Below, piece by piece: positions 24,911-37,344 of a stretch of 64,000 nucleotides of DNA. Within the stretch, counting starts at the first letter, position 1, and each line of letters opens with the position of its first letter. The translations under genes and the position numbers were made by a program. Under the pieces are notes generated by a model. That model had not been told where the DNA came from, did no database searches, and saw nothing but the letters and a program-made list of their open reading frames with translations. Source of the DNA: Escherichia coli (GTDB taxonomy: Bacteria > Pseudomonadota > Gammaproteobacteria > Enterobacterales > Enterobacteriaceae); the NCBI RefSeq assembly GCF_003334405.1, contig NZ_QOWM01000016.1, one strand, 5' to 3'.

Positions 24911-25519
24911 TTACCACGAAAACAGCGGCCATTCTTTGGCGACCGTGGTGAGTTGTGGCGCATCGAAAACGGCTTGTGGCGAGACCACCGTTTCCTCAAG
25001 CGGAATATTCTTGCCGTAACGTTCTTTGAGCTTTGCCTGAACTTGTGGGCTGCTCAGGTCGAACTCTTTCAACTTCTGCTGCTCGCCTACGCGCATTCCC
25101 AGCGCGTTCTGGTAAACCTTCCACACCACTTCCGAACAGTACTGGCGATCGTCGCTCCATGAGAAGCTGAAATCATACGGTTTACCGAGATAACGTTTTG
25201 CCGTTTGCGCCAGTTTTTGCTGTTGTTCAACACTCAGTCCGCCTTCAACGCGGCGAACAACGTATTTGCCCTTTTCACCATGGGCGATCCACTGCTTGAG
25301 CGGGGTGTATTTCACCGGGCCGACTGCTTCAAAAACGTAGGGCTTTTTGTTGCGTATCACCAGCATACCGGTGTGGCTATAATCGGTATGGGTCGCCAGT
25401 TGGATCGCTTTACTTTGCGATGAGCGAGAGATCTGAAAGATGATGTCGCCGGTTTGTGGCTGCCAGGCAAAGGCAGGTACAGAAACCAGCAGGCTGAGGA
25501 TCAGCAGCCTGTTTTTCAT
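24911..25519 (-). CDS. yiiX: uncharacterized secreted protein YiiX (predicted permuted papain-like hydrolase, DUF830)
   Basis: ORF 202 aa with signal peptide MKNRLLILSLLVSVPAFA. Confidence 0.85.
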   Translation of the reverse strand: MKNRLLILSLLVSVPAFAWQPQTGDIIFQISRSSQSKAIQLATHTDYSHTGMLVIRNKKPYVFEAVGPVKYTPLKQWIAHGEKGKYVVRRVEGGLSVEQQQKLAQTAKRYLGKPYDFSFSWSDDRQYCSEVVWKVYQNALGMRVGEQQKLKEFDLSSPQVQAKLKERYGKNIPLEETVVSPQAVFDAPQLTTVAKEWPLFSW

Positions 25520-25576
25520 AGTTAAACGTCCATGTATAAAAAGCGGTGGGTCGCAGACAACGTGCTCGTTGTTTAT

Positions 25577-25675
25577 GCCGGATGCGGCGTGAACGCCTTA
25601 TCCGGCCTACAAGTTCGTGCAAATTCAATAAATTGCAATATGACGTAGGCCTGATAAGCGTAGCGCATCAGGCGA
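25577..25675. repeat. BIME (two inverted REP units)
   Basis: tgccggatgcggcgtgaacgccttatccggcctac ... gtaggcctgataagcgtagcgcatcaggcg. Confidence 0.85.
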
Positions 25676-25702
25676 TTCCACTCCGCGCCGCTCTTTTTTG
25701 CT

Positions 25703-26020
25703 TTAGTATTCCCACGTCTCCGGGTTAATCCCCATCTCACGCATGATCTCTTTTGCCGCTTCCGGGATTTCGTCGCTGCGCTCTTTACGCAGATCGGCAT
25801 CATCCGGCAAAGGTTGCCCGGTAAAGGCATGCAGAAACGCTTCGCACAGCAGCTCGCTGTTGGTAGCGTGACGCAGGTTGTTCACCTGACGACGCGTGCG
25901 TTCATCGGTGAGGATTTTTAACACCTTAAGAGGAATGGAAACCGTAATCTTTTTGACTTGTTCACTCTTCTTGCCGTGCTCAGCGTATGGGCTGATATAT
26001 TCGCCGCTCCATTCAGCCAT
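25703..26020 (-). CDS. metJ: methionine repressor MetJ
   Basis: ORF 25703..26158; start at 26020 gives the 105-aa [45 protein letters not shown]... protein. Confidence 0.97.
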
Positions 26021-26208
26021 GAGATACTTAATCCTCTTCGTCAATAAATTGAGACCAGACCACACAGTTGATGTGGGTACTGACCGTAAACCCGCATAGT
26101 TTACCGTACAGGCGTTACCGTGACATCGTGTAATGCACCTGTCGGCGTGATAATGCATATAATTTTAACGGCTATTTGGGATTTGCTCAATCTATACGCA
26201 AAGAAGTT

Positions 26209-26236
26209 TAGATGTCCAGATGTATTGACGTCCATT
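26209..26236. promoter_or_regulatory. tandem met boxes (MetJ operator) in the metJ / metBL divergent control region
   Basis: tagatgtccagatgtattgacgtccatt, repeated 8-bp units resembling AGACGTCT. Confidence 0.8.
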
Positions 26237-26296
26237 AACACAATGTTTACTCTGGTGCCTGACATTTCACCGACAAAGCCCAGGGAACTTCATCAC

Positions 26297-27457
26297 ATGA
26301 CGCGTAAACAGGCCACCATCGCAGTGCGTAGCGGGTTAAATGACGACGAACAGTATGGTTGCGTTGTCCCACCGATCCATCTTTCCAGCACCTATAACTT
26401 TACCGGATTTAATGAACCGCGCGCGCATGATTACTCGCGTCGCGGCAACCCAACGCGCGATGTGGTTCAGCGTGCGCTGGCAGAACTGGAAGGTGGTGCT
26501 GGTGCAGTACTTACTAATACCGGCATGTCCGCGATTCACCTGGTAACGACCGTCTTTTTGAAACCTGGCGATCTGCTGGTTGCGCCGCACGACTGCTACG
26601 GCGGTAGCTATCGCCTGTTCGACAGTCTGGCGAAACGCGGTTGCTATCGCGTGTTGTTTGTTGATCAAGGCGATGAACAGGCATTACGGGCAGCGCTGGC
26701 AGAAAAACCCAAACTGGTACTGGTAGAAAGCCCAAGTAATCCATTGTTACGCGTCGTGGATATTGCGAAAATCTGCCATCTGGCAAGGGAAGTCGGGGCG
26801 GTGAGCGTGGTGGATAACACCTTCTTAAGCCCGGCATTACAAAATCCGCTGGCATTAGGTGCCGATCTGGTGTTGCATTCATGCACGAAATATCTGAACG
26901 GTCACTCAGACGTAGTGGCCGGCGTGGTGATTGCTAAAGACCCGGACGTTGTCACTGAACTGGCCTGGTGGGCAAACAATATTGGCGTGACGGGCGGCGC
27001 GTTTGACAGCTATCTGCTGCTACGTGGGTTGCGAACGCTGGTGCCGCGTATGGAGCTGGCGCAGCGCAACGCGCAGGCGATTGTGAAATACCTGCAAACC
27101 CAGCCGTTGGTGAAAAAACTGTATCACCCGTCGTTGCCGGAAAATCAGGGGCATGAAATTGCCGCGCGCCAGCAAAAAGGCTTTGGCGCAATGTTGAGTT
27201 TTGAACTGGATGGCGATGAGCAGACGCTGCGTCGTTTCCTGGGCGGGCTGTCGTTGTTTACGCTGGCGGAATCATTAGGGGGAGTGGAAAGTTTAATCTC
27301 TCACGCCGCAACCATGACACATGCAGGCATGGCACCAGAAGCGCGTGCTGCCGCCGGGATCTCCGAGACGCTGCTGCGTATCTCCACCGGTATTGAAGAT
27401 GGCGAAGATTTAATTGCCGACCTGGAAAATGGCTTCCGGGCTGCAAACAAGGGGTAA
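26297..27457 (+). CDS. metB: cystathionine gamma-synthase
   Basis: ORF 26120..27457; start at 26297 gives the 386-aa MTRKQATIAVRSGLNDDEQYG... PLP enzyme. Confidence 0.97.
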   Translation: MTRKQATIAVRSGLNDDEQYGCVVPPIHLSSTYNFTGFNEPRAHDYSRRGNPTRDVVQRALAELEGGAGAVLTNTGMSAIHLVTTVFLKPGDLLVAPHDCYGGSYRLFDSLAKRGCYRVLFVDQGDEQALRAALAEKPKLVLVESPSNPLLRVVDIAKICHLAREVGAVSVVDNTFLSPALQNPLALGADLVLHSCTKYLNGHSDVVAGVVIAKDPDVVTELAWWANNIGVTGGAFDSYLLLRGLRTLVPRMELAQRNAQAIVKYLQTQPLVKKLYHPSLPENQGHEIAARQQKGFGAMLSFELDGDEQTLRRFLGGLSLFTLAESLGGVESLISHAATMTHAGMAPEARAAAGISETLLRISTGIEDGEDLIADLENGFRAANKG

Positions 27458-27459
27458 AA

Positions 27460-29892
27460 ATGAGTGTGATTGCGCAGGCAGGGGCGAAAGGTCGTCAGCT
27501 GCATAAATTTGGTGGCAGTAGTCTGGCTGATGTGAAGTGTTATTTGCGTGTCGCGGGCATTATGGCGGAGTACTCTCAGCCTGACGATATGATGGTGGTT
27601 TCCGCCGCCGGTAGCACCACTAACCAGTTGATTAACTGGTTGAAACTAAGCCAGACCGATCGTCTCTCTGCGCATCAGGTTCAACAAACGCTGCGTCGCT
27701 ATCAGTGCGATCTGATTAGCGGTCTGCTACCCGCTGAAGAAGCCGATAGCCTCATTAGCGCTTTTGTCAGCGACCTTGAGCGCCTGGCGGCGCTGCTCGA
27801 CAGCGGTATTAACGACGCAGTGTATGCGGAAGTGGTGGGCCACGGGGAAGTATGGTCGGCACGTCTGATGTCTGCGGTACTTAATCAACAAGGGCTGCCA
27901 GCGGCCTGGCTTGATGCCCGCGAGTTTTTACGCGCTGAACGCGCCGCACAACCGCAGGTTGATGAAGGGCTTTCTTACCCGTTGCTGCAACAGCTGCTGG
28001 TGCAACATCCGGGCAAACGTCTGGTGGTGACCGGATTTATCAGCCGCAACAACGCCGGTGAAACGGTGCTGCTGGGGCGTAACGGTTCCGACTATTCCGC
28101 GACACAAATCGGTGCGCTGGCGGGTGTTTCTCGCGTAACCATCTGGAGCGACGTCGCCGGGGTATACAGTGCCGACCCGCGTAAAGTGAAAGATGCCTGC
28201 CTGCTGCCGTTGCTGCGTCTGGATGAGGCCAGCGAACTGGCGCGCCTGGCGGCTCCCGTTCTTCACGCCCGTACTTTACAGCCGGTTTCTGGCAGCGAAA
28301 TCGACCTGCAACTGCGCTGTAGCTACACGCCGGATCAAGGTTCCACGCGCATTGAACGCGTGCTGGCCTCCGGTACTGGTGCGCGTATTGTCACCAGCCA
28401 CGATGATGTCTGTTTGATTGAGTTTCAGGTGCCCGCCAGTCAGGATTTCAAACTGGCGCATAAAGAGATCGACCAAATCCTGAAACGCGCGCAGGTACGC
28501 CCGCTGGCGGTTGGCGTACATAACGATCGCCAGTTGCTGCAATTTTGCTACACCTCAGAAGTGGCCGACAGTGCGCTGAAAATCCTCGACGAAGCGGGAT
28601 TACCTGGCGAACTGCGCCTGCGTCAGGGGCTGGCGCTGGTGGCGATGGTCGGTGCAGGCGTCACCCGTAACCCGCTGCATTGCCACCGCTTCTGGCAGCA
28701 ACTGAAAGGCCAGCCGGTCGAATTTACCTGGCAGTCCGATGACGGCATCAGCCTGGTGGCAGTACTGCGCACCGGCCCGACCGAAAGCCTGATTCAGGGG
28801 CTGCATCAGTCCGTCTTCCGCGCAGAAAAACGCATCGGCCTGGTATTGTTCGGTAAGGGCAATATCGGTTCCCGTTGGCTGGAACTGTTCGCCCGTGAGC
28901 AGAGCACGCTTTCGGCACGTACCGGCTTTGAGTTTGTGCTGGCAGGTGTGGTGGACAGCCGCCGCAGCCTGTTGAGCTATGACGGGCTGGACGCCAGCCG
29001 CGCGTTAGCCTTCTTCAACGATGAAGCGGTTGAGCAGGATGAAGAGTCGTTGTTCCTGTGGATGCGCGCCCATCCGTATGATGATTTAGTGGTGCTGGAC
29101 GTTACCGCCAGCCAGCAGCTTGCTGATCAGTATCTTGATTTCGCCAGCCACGGTTTCCACGTTATCAGCGCCAACAAACTGGCGGGAGCCAGCGACAGCA
29201 ATAAATATCGCCAGATCCACGACGCCTTCGAAAAAACCGGGCGTCACTGGCTGTACAATGCCACCGTCGGTGCGGGCTTGCCGATCAACCACACCGTGCG
29301 CGATCTGATCGACAGCGGCGATACTATTTTGTCGATCAGCGGGATCTTCTCCGGCACGCTCTCCTGGCTGTTCCTGCAATTCGACGGTAGCGTGCCGTTT
29401 ACCGAGCTGGTGGATCAGGCGTGGCAGCAGGGCTTAACCGAACCTGACCCGCGTGACGATCTCTCTGGCAAAGACGTGATGCGCAAGCTGGTGATTCTGG
29501 CGCGTGAAGCAGGTTACAACATCGAACCGGATCAGGTACGTGTGGAATCGCTGGTGCCTGCTCATTGCGAAGGCGGCAGCATCGACCATTTCTTTGAAAA
29601 TGGCGATGAACTGAACGAGCAGATGGTGCAACGGCTGGAAGCGGCCCGCGAAATGGGGCTGGTGCTGCGCTACGTGGCGCGTTTCGATGCCAACGGTAAA
29701 GCGCGTGTAGGCGTGGAAGCGGTGCGTGAAGATCATCCGTTGGCATCACTGCTGCCGTGCGATAACGTCTTTGCCATCGAAAGCCGCTGGTATCGCGATA
29801 ACCCTCTGGTGATCCGCGGACCTGGCGCTGGGCGCGACGTCACCGCCGGGGCGATTCAGTCGGATATCAACCGGCTGGCACAGTTGTTGTAA
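27460..29892 (+). CDS. metL: bifunctional aspartokinase II / homoserine dehydrogenase II
   Basis: ORF 810 aa MSVIAQAGAKGRQLHKFGGSSLADVKCYL...; starts 2 nt after the metB stop. Confidence 0.97.
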   Translation: MSVIAQAGAKGRQLHKFGGSSLADVKCYLRVAGIMAEYSQPDDMMVVSAAGSTTNQLINWLKLSQTDRLSAHQVQQTLRRYQCDLISGLLPAEEADSLISAFVSDLERLAALLDSGINDAVYAEVVGHGEVWSARLMSAVLNQQGLPAAWLDAREFLRAERAAQPQVDEGLSYPLLQQLLVQHPGKRLVVTGFISRNNAGETVLLGRNGSDYSATQIGALAGVSRVTIWSDVAGVYSADPRKVKDACLLPLLRLDEASELARLAAPVLHARTLQPVSGSEIDLQLRCSYTPDQGSTRIERVLASGTGARIVTSHDDVCLIEFQVPASQDFKLAHKEIDQILKRAQVRPLAVGVHNDRQLLQFCYTSEVADSALKILDEAGLPGELRLRQGLALVAMVGAGVTRNPLHCHRFWQQLKGQPVEFTWQSDDGISLVAVLRTGPTESLIQGLHQSVFRAEKRIGLVLFGKGNIGSRWLELFAREQSTLSARTGFEFVLAGVVDSRRSLLSYDGLDASRALAFFNDEAVEQDEESLFLWMRAHPYDDLVVLDVTASQQLADQYLDFASHGFHVISANKLAGASDSNKYRQIHDAFEKTGRHWLYNATVGAGLPINHTVRDLIDSGDTILSISGIFSGTLSWLFLQFDGSVPFTELVDQAWQQGLTEPDPRDDLSGKDVMRKLVILAREAGYNIEPDQVRVESLVPAHCEGGSIDHFFENGDELNEQMVQRLEAAREMGLVLRYVARFDANGKARVGVEAVREDHPLASLLPCDNVFAIESRWYRDNPLVIRGPGAGRDVTAGAIQSDINRLAQLL

Positions 29893-30169
29893 TTTCAGAA
29901 ATTTAATAATGCCCGGTACTCATGTTTTCGGGTTTATGGTTTCTAATGAAATATATTGAATTATCATAGGATTAGGCCGGATTAAGCGTTTACGACGAAT
30001 CCGGCAAGAAGCAATAAGTACATGGTTAGTTTATATTTGCAGTCCGGTTTGCTTTGCATACCGGATTTTCTTTTTCTTACCATCCTGAAGTTTTTTCATC
30101 TTCCCTGATTTTTCCTCACCATCATTGGTCATTTTTCGGTTGACGCCCTTCGGCTTTTCCTTCATCTTT

Positions 30170-30197
30170 ACATCTGGACGTCTAAACGGATAGATGT
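30170..30197. promoter_or_regulatory. met boxes (MetJ operator) upstream of metF
   Basis: acatctggacgtctaaacggatagatgt about 45-70 bp upstream of the metF ATG. Confidence 0.8.
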
Positions 30198-30237
30198 GCA
30201 CAACACAACATATAACTACAAGCGATTGATGAGGTAA

Positions 30238-31131
<894 letters not shown>

Positions 31132-31405
31132 ATAGTGTGGCTTTTGTGAAAATCACACAGTGATCACAAATTTTAAACAGAGCACAAAATGCTGCCTCGA
31201 AATGAGGGCGGGAAAATAAGGTTATCAGCCTTGTTTTCTCCCTCATTACTTGAAGGATATGAAGCTAAAACCCTTTTTTATAAAGCATTTGTCCGAATTC
31301 GGACATAATCAAAAAAGCTTAATTAAGATCAATTTGATCTACATCTCTTTAACCAACAATATGTAAGATCTCAACTATCGCATCCGTGGATTAATTCAAT
31401 TATAA

Positions 31406-33640
<2,235 letters not shown>

Positions 33641-33648
33641 TCTGACCC

Positions 33649-33688
33649 CGTTCAGCGGCTGCTTGCTGGCAGTCGCTGAACGTTCTTT
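33649..33688 (+). terminator. intrinsic terminator of katG
   Basis: cgttcagcg ... cgctgaacg 9-bp stem followed by ttcttt. Confidence 0.75.
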
Positions 33689-33732
33689 ACCAGCGTATAG
33701 TGGGCGAACGAAAACTACACACTGGATCTCTC

Positions 33733-34638
33733 ATGTCTGCCGCAGGAAAGAGCAACCCACTGGCAATCAGTGGCCTGGTTGTGCTCACACTTATCTGGAG
33801 TTATAGCTGGATTTTCATGAAGCAAGTCACCAGTTACATCGGTGCCTTCGACTTTACCGCCTTACGCTGCATTTTCGGCGCTCTCGTTTTATTCATCGTC
33901 CTTTTATTACGTGGTCGCGGAATGCGCCCGACACCGTTTAAATACACCTTAGCCATTGCCCTGTTACAAACCTGCGGGATGGTTGGTCTGGCGCAGTGGG
34001 CGTTGGTCAGCGGAGGTGCGGGGAAGGTGGCGATCCTGAGCTATACCATGCCGTTCTGGGTGGTGATTTTCGCCGCGTTGTTTCTCGGTGAACGCCTGCG
34101 ACGTGGGCAATATTTCGCGATTCTGATTGCCGCTTTCGGCTTATTTTTGGTGTTGCAGCCGTGGCAACTCGATTTCTCTTCGATGAAAAGTGCCATGCTG
34201 GCAATCCTCTCCGGCGTCAGTTGGGGGGCGAGCGCGATTGTTGCTAAACGTCTGTATGCCCGTCATCCGCGCGTGGATTTATTGTCGTTAACATCCTGGC
34301 AGATGCTGTATGCGGCGCTGGTGATGAGTGTGGTCGCTTTACTGGTGCCGCAACGTGAAATTGACTGGCAGCCCACCGTGTTCTGGGCGCTGGCCTACAG
34401 TGCGATTCTGGCGACGGCACTGGCGTGGAGCTTATGGTTGTTTGTATTGAAAAACTTGCCTGCCAGTATTGCCAGCTTAAGCACACTGGCCGTTCCCGTT
34501 TGCGGCGTACTCTTTTCCTGGTGGCTGCTCGGCGAGAATCCGGGGGCCGTTGAAGGTAGCGGTATTGTGCTGATTGTGCTGGCACTGGCGCTGGTGAGCC
34601 GTAAGAAAAAAGAAGCCGTCAGTGTAAAAAGGATCTGA
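33733..34638 (+). CDS. yijE: EamA/DMT-family inner-membrane transporter YijE
   Basis: ORF 33700..34638; start at 33733 gives the 301-aa [26 protein letters not shown]... protein; about 10 TM helices. Confidence 0.88.
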
Positions 34639-34664
34639 ATTTTTTCTTCATGTGGGGCGATCTC

Positions 34665-35282
34665 TTATTTAACAAAATAACGATAATGCCCCACCATCCG
34701 CCAGTTAAACAGCACATCTTCTTCCTGCGCGCCTGCGCCAATGTTATGTATCACCAGCGGCGTACCGTCGCGGGCGAAGCCATCTGAAACCACCCCAATA
34801 TGTGCCAGCCCGTTATCCAGTCGCCAGGAGACAATATCGCCCGCTTGATAGTCACTGGGGTTCTTGCTGGTGGGGCGTGTTTTATCATGGCGGCTAAACC
34901 AGGTTTCCAGATTAGGCACCCGACGGTGATCGATGTTGCTGTCCGGGCGCTTTAACTTCCATTTTTGCGGGTACTCAGCAAAATTCTTCGCCATATCTTC
35001 GTGAACCAGTTTCTGCAAATCGACCTTCTGGCTGCGCAATGCGCGGATCACCACATCGGAACATACACCGCGTTCTTGCGGAACATCACCGCCAGGATAA
35101 GTAAGCTGCACATACGCCGGATCGTAAAATAGCGTGCTGCCAATTTGCTGTCTGGCACCGTCTGCGATGGCAAGGTTGGTATTGGCCTGGATTTGTACCA
35201 CGGTTGGTGGAACGGCGGGAGATTTTAAGGAGTGGCTGGTAAATGCCGTTAGCAGGCTGAGCAGCGCCAGTGAAGCTTTCAT
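34665..35282 (-). CDS. yijF: uncharacterized secreted protein YijF (DUF1287)
   Basis: ORF 205 aa with signal peptide MKASLALLSLLTAFTSHS. Confidence 0.85.
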   Translation of the reverse strand: MKASLALLSLLTAFTSHSLKSPAVPPTVVQIQANTNLAIADGARQQIGSTLFYDPAYVQLTYPGGDVPQERGVCSDVVIRALRSQKVDLQKLVHEDMAKNFAEYPQKWKLKRPDSNIDHRRVPNLETWFSRHDKTRPTSKNPSDYQAGDIVSWRLDNGLAHIGVVSDGFARDGTPLVIHNIGAGAQEEDVLFNWRMVGHYRYFVK

Positions 35283-35411
35283 CTGGTTCGTCCGTGAAAA
35301 TAAGAGTCACAGATTCGACCTTCCGGGCTAACGATTGTTCTGTAGAGAAAATGTCCAGAAGCGGATAAAAAATTCCTGAACAACGTGGGAGTTTCAGATT
35401 ACTGGCACAGA

Positions 35412-35512
35412 GTGCCGGATGCGGAGTGAACGCCTTATCCGGCCTACAAAAGCACGCAAATTCAATATATTGCAGAGATTGCGTAGGCCTGATAAGCGTA
35501 GCGCATCAGGCA
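35412..35512. repeat. BIME (two inverted REP units), followed by a 10-bp-stem hairpin at 35523..35549
   Basis: gtgccggatgcggagtgaacgccttatccggcctac ... gtaggcctgataagcgtagcgcatcaggc; then aaactcccgg-acaag-ccgggagttt just beyond the gldA stop. Confidence 0.85.
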
Positions 35513-35556
35513 ATTTTGCGTTCAAACTCCCGGACAAGCCGGGAGTTTGGAGTAGG

Positions 35557-36660
35557 TTATTCCCACTCTTGCAGGAAACGCTGACCGTACTGGTCGGCTA
35601 CCAGCAGAGCGGCGTAAACCTGATCTGGCGTCGCGCCGCCAGGCATGTTGTGAATGGTTTCACCTTCTGCACATGCCGCTTCTGCCACAATTCGCATTTT
35701 CGCCGGGACATCTTCTTTAATATCCAGTTGAGCGAGAGTTATTGGCAAACCTACCGCATGGCTAAGGGCAGCTACGGTTTCGATTTCCTCCACCGGCGCA
35801 TTTTCCAGAACCAGCTGCGTCAGCGTACCGAATGCCACTTTTTCACCGTGATAATAGTGATGCGCGTCCGGGATAGCGGTCAGGCCGTTATGCACTGCGT
35901 GCGCCGCAGCCAGACCACCACTTTCAAAACCAACACTGCTCAAATAGGTGTTCGCTTCAATCACGCGCTCCAGCGCCGGAGTCACTACATGCTGTTCGGC
36001 AGCAAGCATCGCTTTTTCGCCTTCTTCCAGCAGGGTGTTGTAGCACAGTTCAGCCAGTGCCAGCGCAGCCTGGGTGCACTTGCCGCCCGCCATGGTGGTC
36101 GCGCCGCTACGAGAGCAGGCACGCGCTTCAAACCAGGTTGCCAGCGCATCGCCGATACCCGCCGCTAACAGACGTGCAGGTGCGCCAGCGACGATTTTGG
36201 TGTCGACAATGACCATATTCGGGTTATTTGGCAACAGCAGATAGCGGTCAAACTCACCCTCATCGGTGTAGATAACAGACAATGCGCTGCACGGTGCATC
36301 GGTAGAGGCGATAGTCGGTGCGATCGCTACCGGAACACCCATGAAATGTGCCAGTGCTTTGGCAGTATCGAGGGTTTTTCCGCCACCGATACCGAGAATT
36401 GCGCCACACTGCGCAGTCTCCGCGATGCCACGCAGACGGTCGATCTCATTTTGCGAACATTCACCGCCAAACGGCGCAATTTCTACTACCAGTCCAGCAT
36501 CTTTAAAGCTTTTCTCGACAGTGGATTGAGCAAAACCTAAAACAAATTTGTCACCCACCACTAACCAGCGTTCTGCCAGCGGCTTCAGGTATTCGCCCAG
36601 ACGATTAATCACATCAGCGCCCTGGATGTATTTACCCGGTGATTGAATAATGCGGTCCAT
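35557..36660 (-). CDS. gldA: glycerol dehydrogenase
   Basis: ORF 35557..36699; start at 36660 gives the 367-aa [25 protein letters not shown]... protein. Confidence 0.96.
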   Translation of the reverse strand: MDRIIQSPGKYIQGADVINRLGEYLKPLAERWLVVGDKFVLGFAQSTVEKSFKDAGLVVEIAPFGGECSQNEIDRLRGIAETAQCGAILGIGGGKTLDTAKALAHFMGVPVAIAPTIASTDAPCSALSVIYTDEGEFDRYLLLPNNPNMVIVDTKIVAGAPARLLAAGIGDALATWFEARACSRSGATTMAGGKCTQAALALAELCYNTLLEEGEKAMLAAEQHVVTPALERVIEANTYLSSVGFESGGLAAAHAVHNGLTAIPDAHHYYHGEKVAFGTLTQLVLENAPVEEIETVAALSHAVGLPITLAQLDIKEDVPAKMRIVAEAACAEGETIHNMPGGATPDQVYAALLVADQYGQRFLQEWE

Positions 36661-36670
36661 AATTGCTCCT

Positions 36671-37333
36671 TTAGAGATGAGTAGTGCCAAATGCGGCATT
36701 CCAGTCGTGTTCGAACTTCTCTATAGCTGACTCTACCGCAGGGGTGTTGAGCATTTGTTGCGCTACATCTAAGGGCAGGGTGATGGATTCACATCCTGCC
36801 AGTAAACAGTCCAGCGCCTGACGCGGCGTTTTAAAGCTGGCTGCCAGCACCATGCTTTCTGGCGCGTGCATTTCTAACAGCGTTTGCAGCTCCTGAACCG
36901 TACGAATGCCGTCTCCGCCCTGGGCATCTACGCGGTTAACATACGGAGCAACGTATTTTGCCCCTGCCAGTGCGGCTAATAACCCTTGTGCGGCGCTATA
37001 TACAGCAGTGCCAAGTGTAGTAATACCCTCTTTTTTCAGTATTTTAATTGCTGCCAGACCTTCGGAAGTCACCGGGATTTTCACCACAATACCCGGAATA
37101 GCGTCGCGCAGGCGCTTCGCTTCTTCCACCATCCCCTGCGCGTCGCGGCTCATGGTCTGAGCAAACAGAATGCCCTCATCACCAATCGCTTTTTGCAGAC
37201 GCGGCAGCACTTCCCATATGGACTCCTTGCTGGCAGCGATAATGCTCGGGTTAGTTGTCACCCCGGCAATGGGGAATATGCGTGCCAGACGTTCGACTTC
37301 TGCGACGTTAGCGGTGTCCAGATACAGTTCCAT
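36671..37333 (-). CDS. fsaB: fructose-6-phosphate aldolase 2
   Basis: ORF 220 aa [32 protein letters not shown]...; transaldolase-like. Confidence 0.95.
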   Translation of the reverse strand: MELYLDTANVAEVERLARIFPIAGVTTNPSIIAASKESIWEVLPRLQKAIGDEGILFAQTMSRDAQGMVEEAKRLRDAIPGIVVKIPVTSEGLAAIKILKKEGITTLGTAVYSAAQGLLAALAGAKYVAPYVNRVDAQGGDGIRTVQELQTLLEMHAPESMVLAASFKTPRQALDCLLAGCESITLPLDVAQQMLNTPAVESAIEKFEHDWNAAFGTTHL

Positions 37334-37344
37334 GATGTTTCCTT

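Noticed and set aside
30031-30165. Lys-rich 44-codon antisense ORF (MKEKPKGVNRKMTNDGEEKSGKMKKLQDGKKKKIRYAKQTGLQI) in the metL-metF intergenic region, part of track ORF 30031..30579(-)
   Set aside because: Its start codon lies within the metF met-box operator, it has no SD, the composition reflects translation of an A-rich strand, and the longer track ORF runs antisense into metF. Most likely non-coding.
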